Assembly (NCBI RefSeq): GCF_009914755.1
Contig: NC_060938.1
DNA length: 64,000 bases
Strand: one strand, 5' to 3'
Source: the human T2T-CHM13v2.0 reference genome, Homo sapiens
In this document: positions 59,510 through 64,000 of the stretch, one piece after another
Position numbering within the stretch: position 1 is the first letter of the stretch
Layout: each line of letters starts with the position of its first letter
Position numbers and translations under genes: made by a program
Notes under the pieces: model-generated
Told to the model about the DNA's origin: nothing
Seen by the model: only the letters and a program-made list of their open reading frames with translations
The model's database searches: none

Positions 59510-59817
59510 TTAGTACTTTAAGTAATCTTAAGAAAGTGATCCCACCAAAAGTGAACAGTCCAGTAAACGTGAAAATCATATTTTGGGCTTCTTTTGTGAA
59601 ATTCTTGGCTAGGTCAAATATTGTACTCCAATACATACATCTCATCAAGGTAGAAGTACTTCGAAAGAAGGGGAAATGATGTTTCCATTTACTATTCCTA
59701 AAGCATTAGATGTGTTAAAAAACTGGGATTCTGGCCAGGCGCGGTGGCTCACGCCTGTAATCCCAACACTTTGGAAGGCTGAGGCGGGCGGATCACGAAG
59801 TCAGGAGCTCGAGACTA

Positions 59818-60568
<751 letters not shown>

Positions 60569-61051
60569 TAGTAGAGACTGGGTTTCACCATGTTGGCCAG
60601 ACTGGTCTTGAACTCCTGGCCTCAAGTGATCCGCCGCCTCCGTCTCCCAAAGTGCTAGGATTACAGGCGTGAGCCACTGCGCCTGGCCTTAGGAAAATAT
60701 TTTTACAGCAGAAAAAGTATGTCCCAAATTTGTATTTTTGATACCAGAATCACCAGGAATTTTATTCAAACATCATCTTATCTTCAAAGAATAATGAACC
60801 TTGAACCCACCCAAGTTCTGACTTAGTTGGTCAAGGGTGGAACCTAGACATAAATATATTTTTTAAAGCTATACAAGTTGGTCTAATGTGAATTTACTGC
60901 TAAATTCACTATAATTGAAGACAGTGCCCACTGTCTACAATTATGTATGATAAAAATTAAGTGGGGAGAAACAAGTTATGTTCATAGGAATGAGAGTAAT
61001 AGATAATAACTAAACAAAGAGAAGAAGAAATAGGCCGGGCGCAGTGGCTCA

Positions 61052-61346
<295 letters not shown>

Positions 61347-61448
61347 CTAAAACAAGATTTTTAAAAATATGTTTCTGGCCTGGCGTGGTGGCTCACGCCT
61401 GTAATCCCAGCATTTGAGAGACTGAGGCAGGTGGATCACCTGAGGTCA

Positions 61449-62352
<904 letters not shown>

Positions 62353-62972
62353 TCATTTTAGATGGTAGTAAGTGCTATGAATAAAACAGGTTAATGAGAT
62401 AGTAATGGGGATGTAGATGGAGAGGTAACTTTTGATAGTGTAATCAAAGAAGGCCTTTTTTTGGATATAGCAACATAATATTATACATTTTATTAACCTG
62501 TCTTTATCATTTAAAAATGTATAAAAGCTGGTCACGCGTGGTGGGTGATGCCTGTAATCCCAACACTTTTGGAGGTGGGTGGATCACCTGAGGTCAGGAG
62601 TTTGAGACAAGCCTCGCCAATATGGCGAAACCCTGTCTCTACTAAACATACAAAAATTACCTGGGCGTGGTGGCGGGCGCCTGTATTCCCAGCTTACTCA
62701 GGAGGCTGAGGCAGGAGAATCACTTGAACCTGAGAAGCGGAGCCTAGATCTCACCATTGCATTCCAGCCTGGGTGACAAGAACGAAATTCCATCTCAAAA
62801 AAAAAAGTATGAAAGCTATCTTACATGTCTATACATATGTATCTGCTGTTCCTTTAACAACTGCATCCATCCTGACAGAAATTTTGTTTTTTGCTATTGA
62901 AATCAGTGTTGTGATTAACAGTTTTACACATGGTTTTTTTGTTTTGTTTAGTTTTAGCTTTTGTTTTTTTGA

Positions 62973-63290
<318 letters not shown>

Positions 63291-63702
63291 TAAATTCCTA
63301 AACTGGGAGAGGTGGCTCACGCCTGTAATCCCAACGTTTTGGAAGGTCAAGGTGGGAGGATGGTTTGAGGCCAGGAGTTGGAGACCAGTCTGGGCAACAT
63401 AGCAAGACTATCTCTACAGGAAAATTTTTTAATTAATCAGGGGTGGTGGCATGTGCCTATAGTCCCAACTACTCAGAAGGATCACTTTAGCCCAGGAGTT
63501 CAGGGTTGCAGTGAGCTGATTGTGTTACTGCACTCCAGCCTGGGTGACAGAGTAAAATCCTGTCCAAAAAAAAAAAATCCTGGAAGTGGAATTACAATGT
63601 CAAAGAAAATACAAATTTAAAATTTTCGGGCCAGGTATGGTGGTTCACACCTGTACCAATCCCAGCACTTTGGGAGGCCAAGGAAGGCAGATCACGAGGT
63701 CA

Positions 63703-63930
<228 letters not shown>

Positions 63931-64000
63931 TTATCATATCAAATTACCCCTGAAAAAGGTTGTAAAAACGGGGCCTCTGCAAAAAGTAAACATTTTTTCT

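Overview
Primate (very likely human) genomic DNA, extremely Alu-dense, with no intact protein-coding gene. Nearly all ORFs in the supplied track are Alu read-throughs. From recalled sequence I place it at the ESR2 (estrogen receptor beta) distal 5' end / TEX21P region of 14q23. The CpG island at ~17.6-18.9 kb carries the minus-strand ESR2 promoter and exon 0K. Upstream on the minus strand (59.0 to 25.9 kb) lie at least seven GT-AG-bounded exons of a disabled CCDC170 paralogue (TEX21P), with stops and frameshifts. The main unexplained structure is a second, older-looking degenerate copy of the same gene, exons plus intron sequence, at ~4.0-13.6 kb. It is in the same orientation and sits inside the ESR2 0K intron, so the 0K promoter lies between two tandem CCDC170-like gene fossils. 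An ATG-initiated frame in exon 0K would splice in frame to a still-open 59-codon exon of this second copy. Also present: a TOMM6 retrocopy split by an ERV1 LTR, solo LTRs (MER41B-like with a GAS motif, LTR8-like, LTR10-like, THE1, MST, MLT), Tigger/MER2 DNA transposons, L1 and L2 fragments, and microsatellites. Gene and repeat family names come from memory of consensus sequences, not from database searches.
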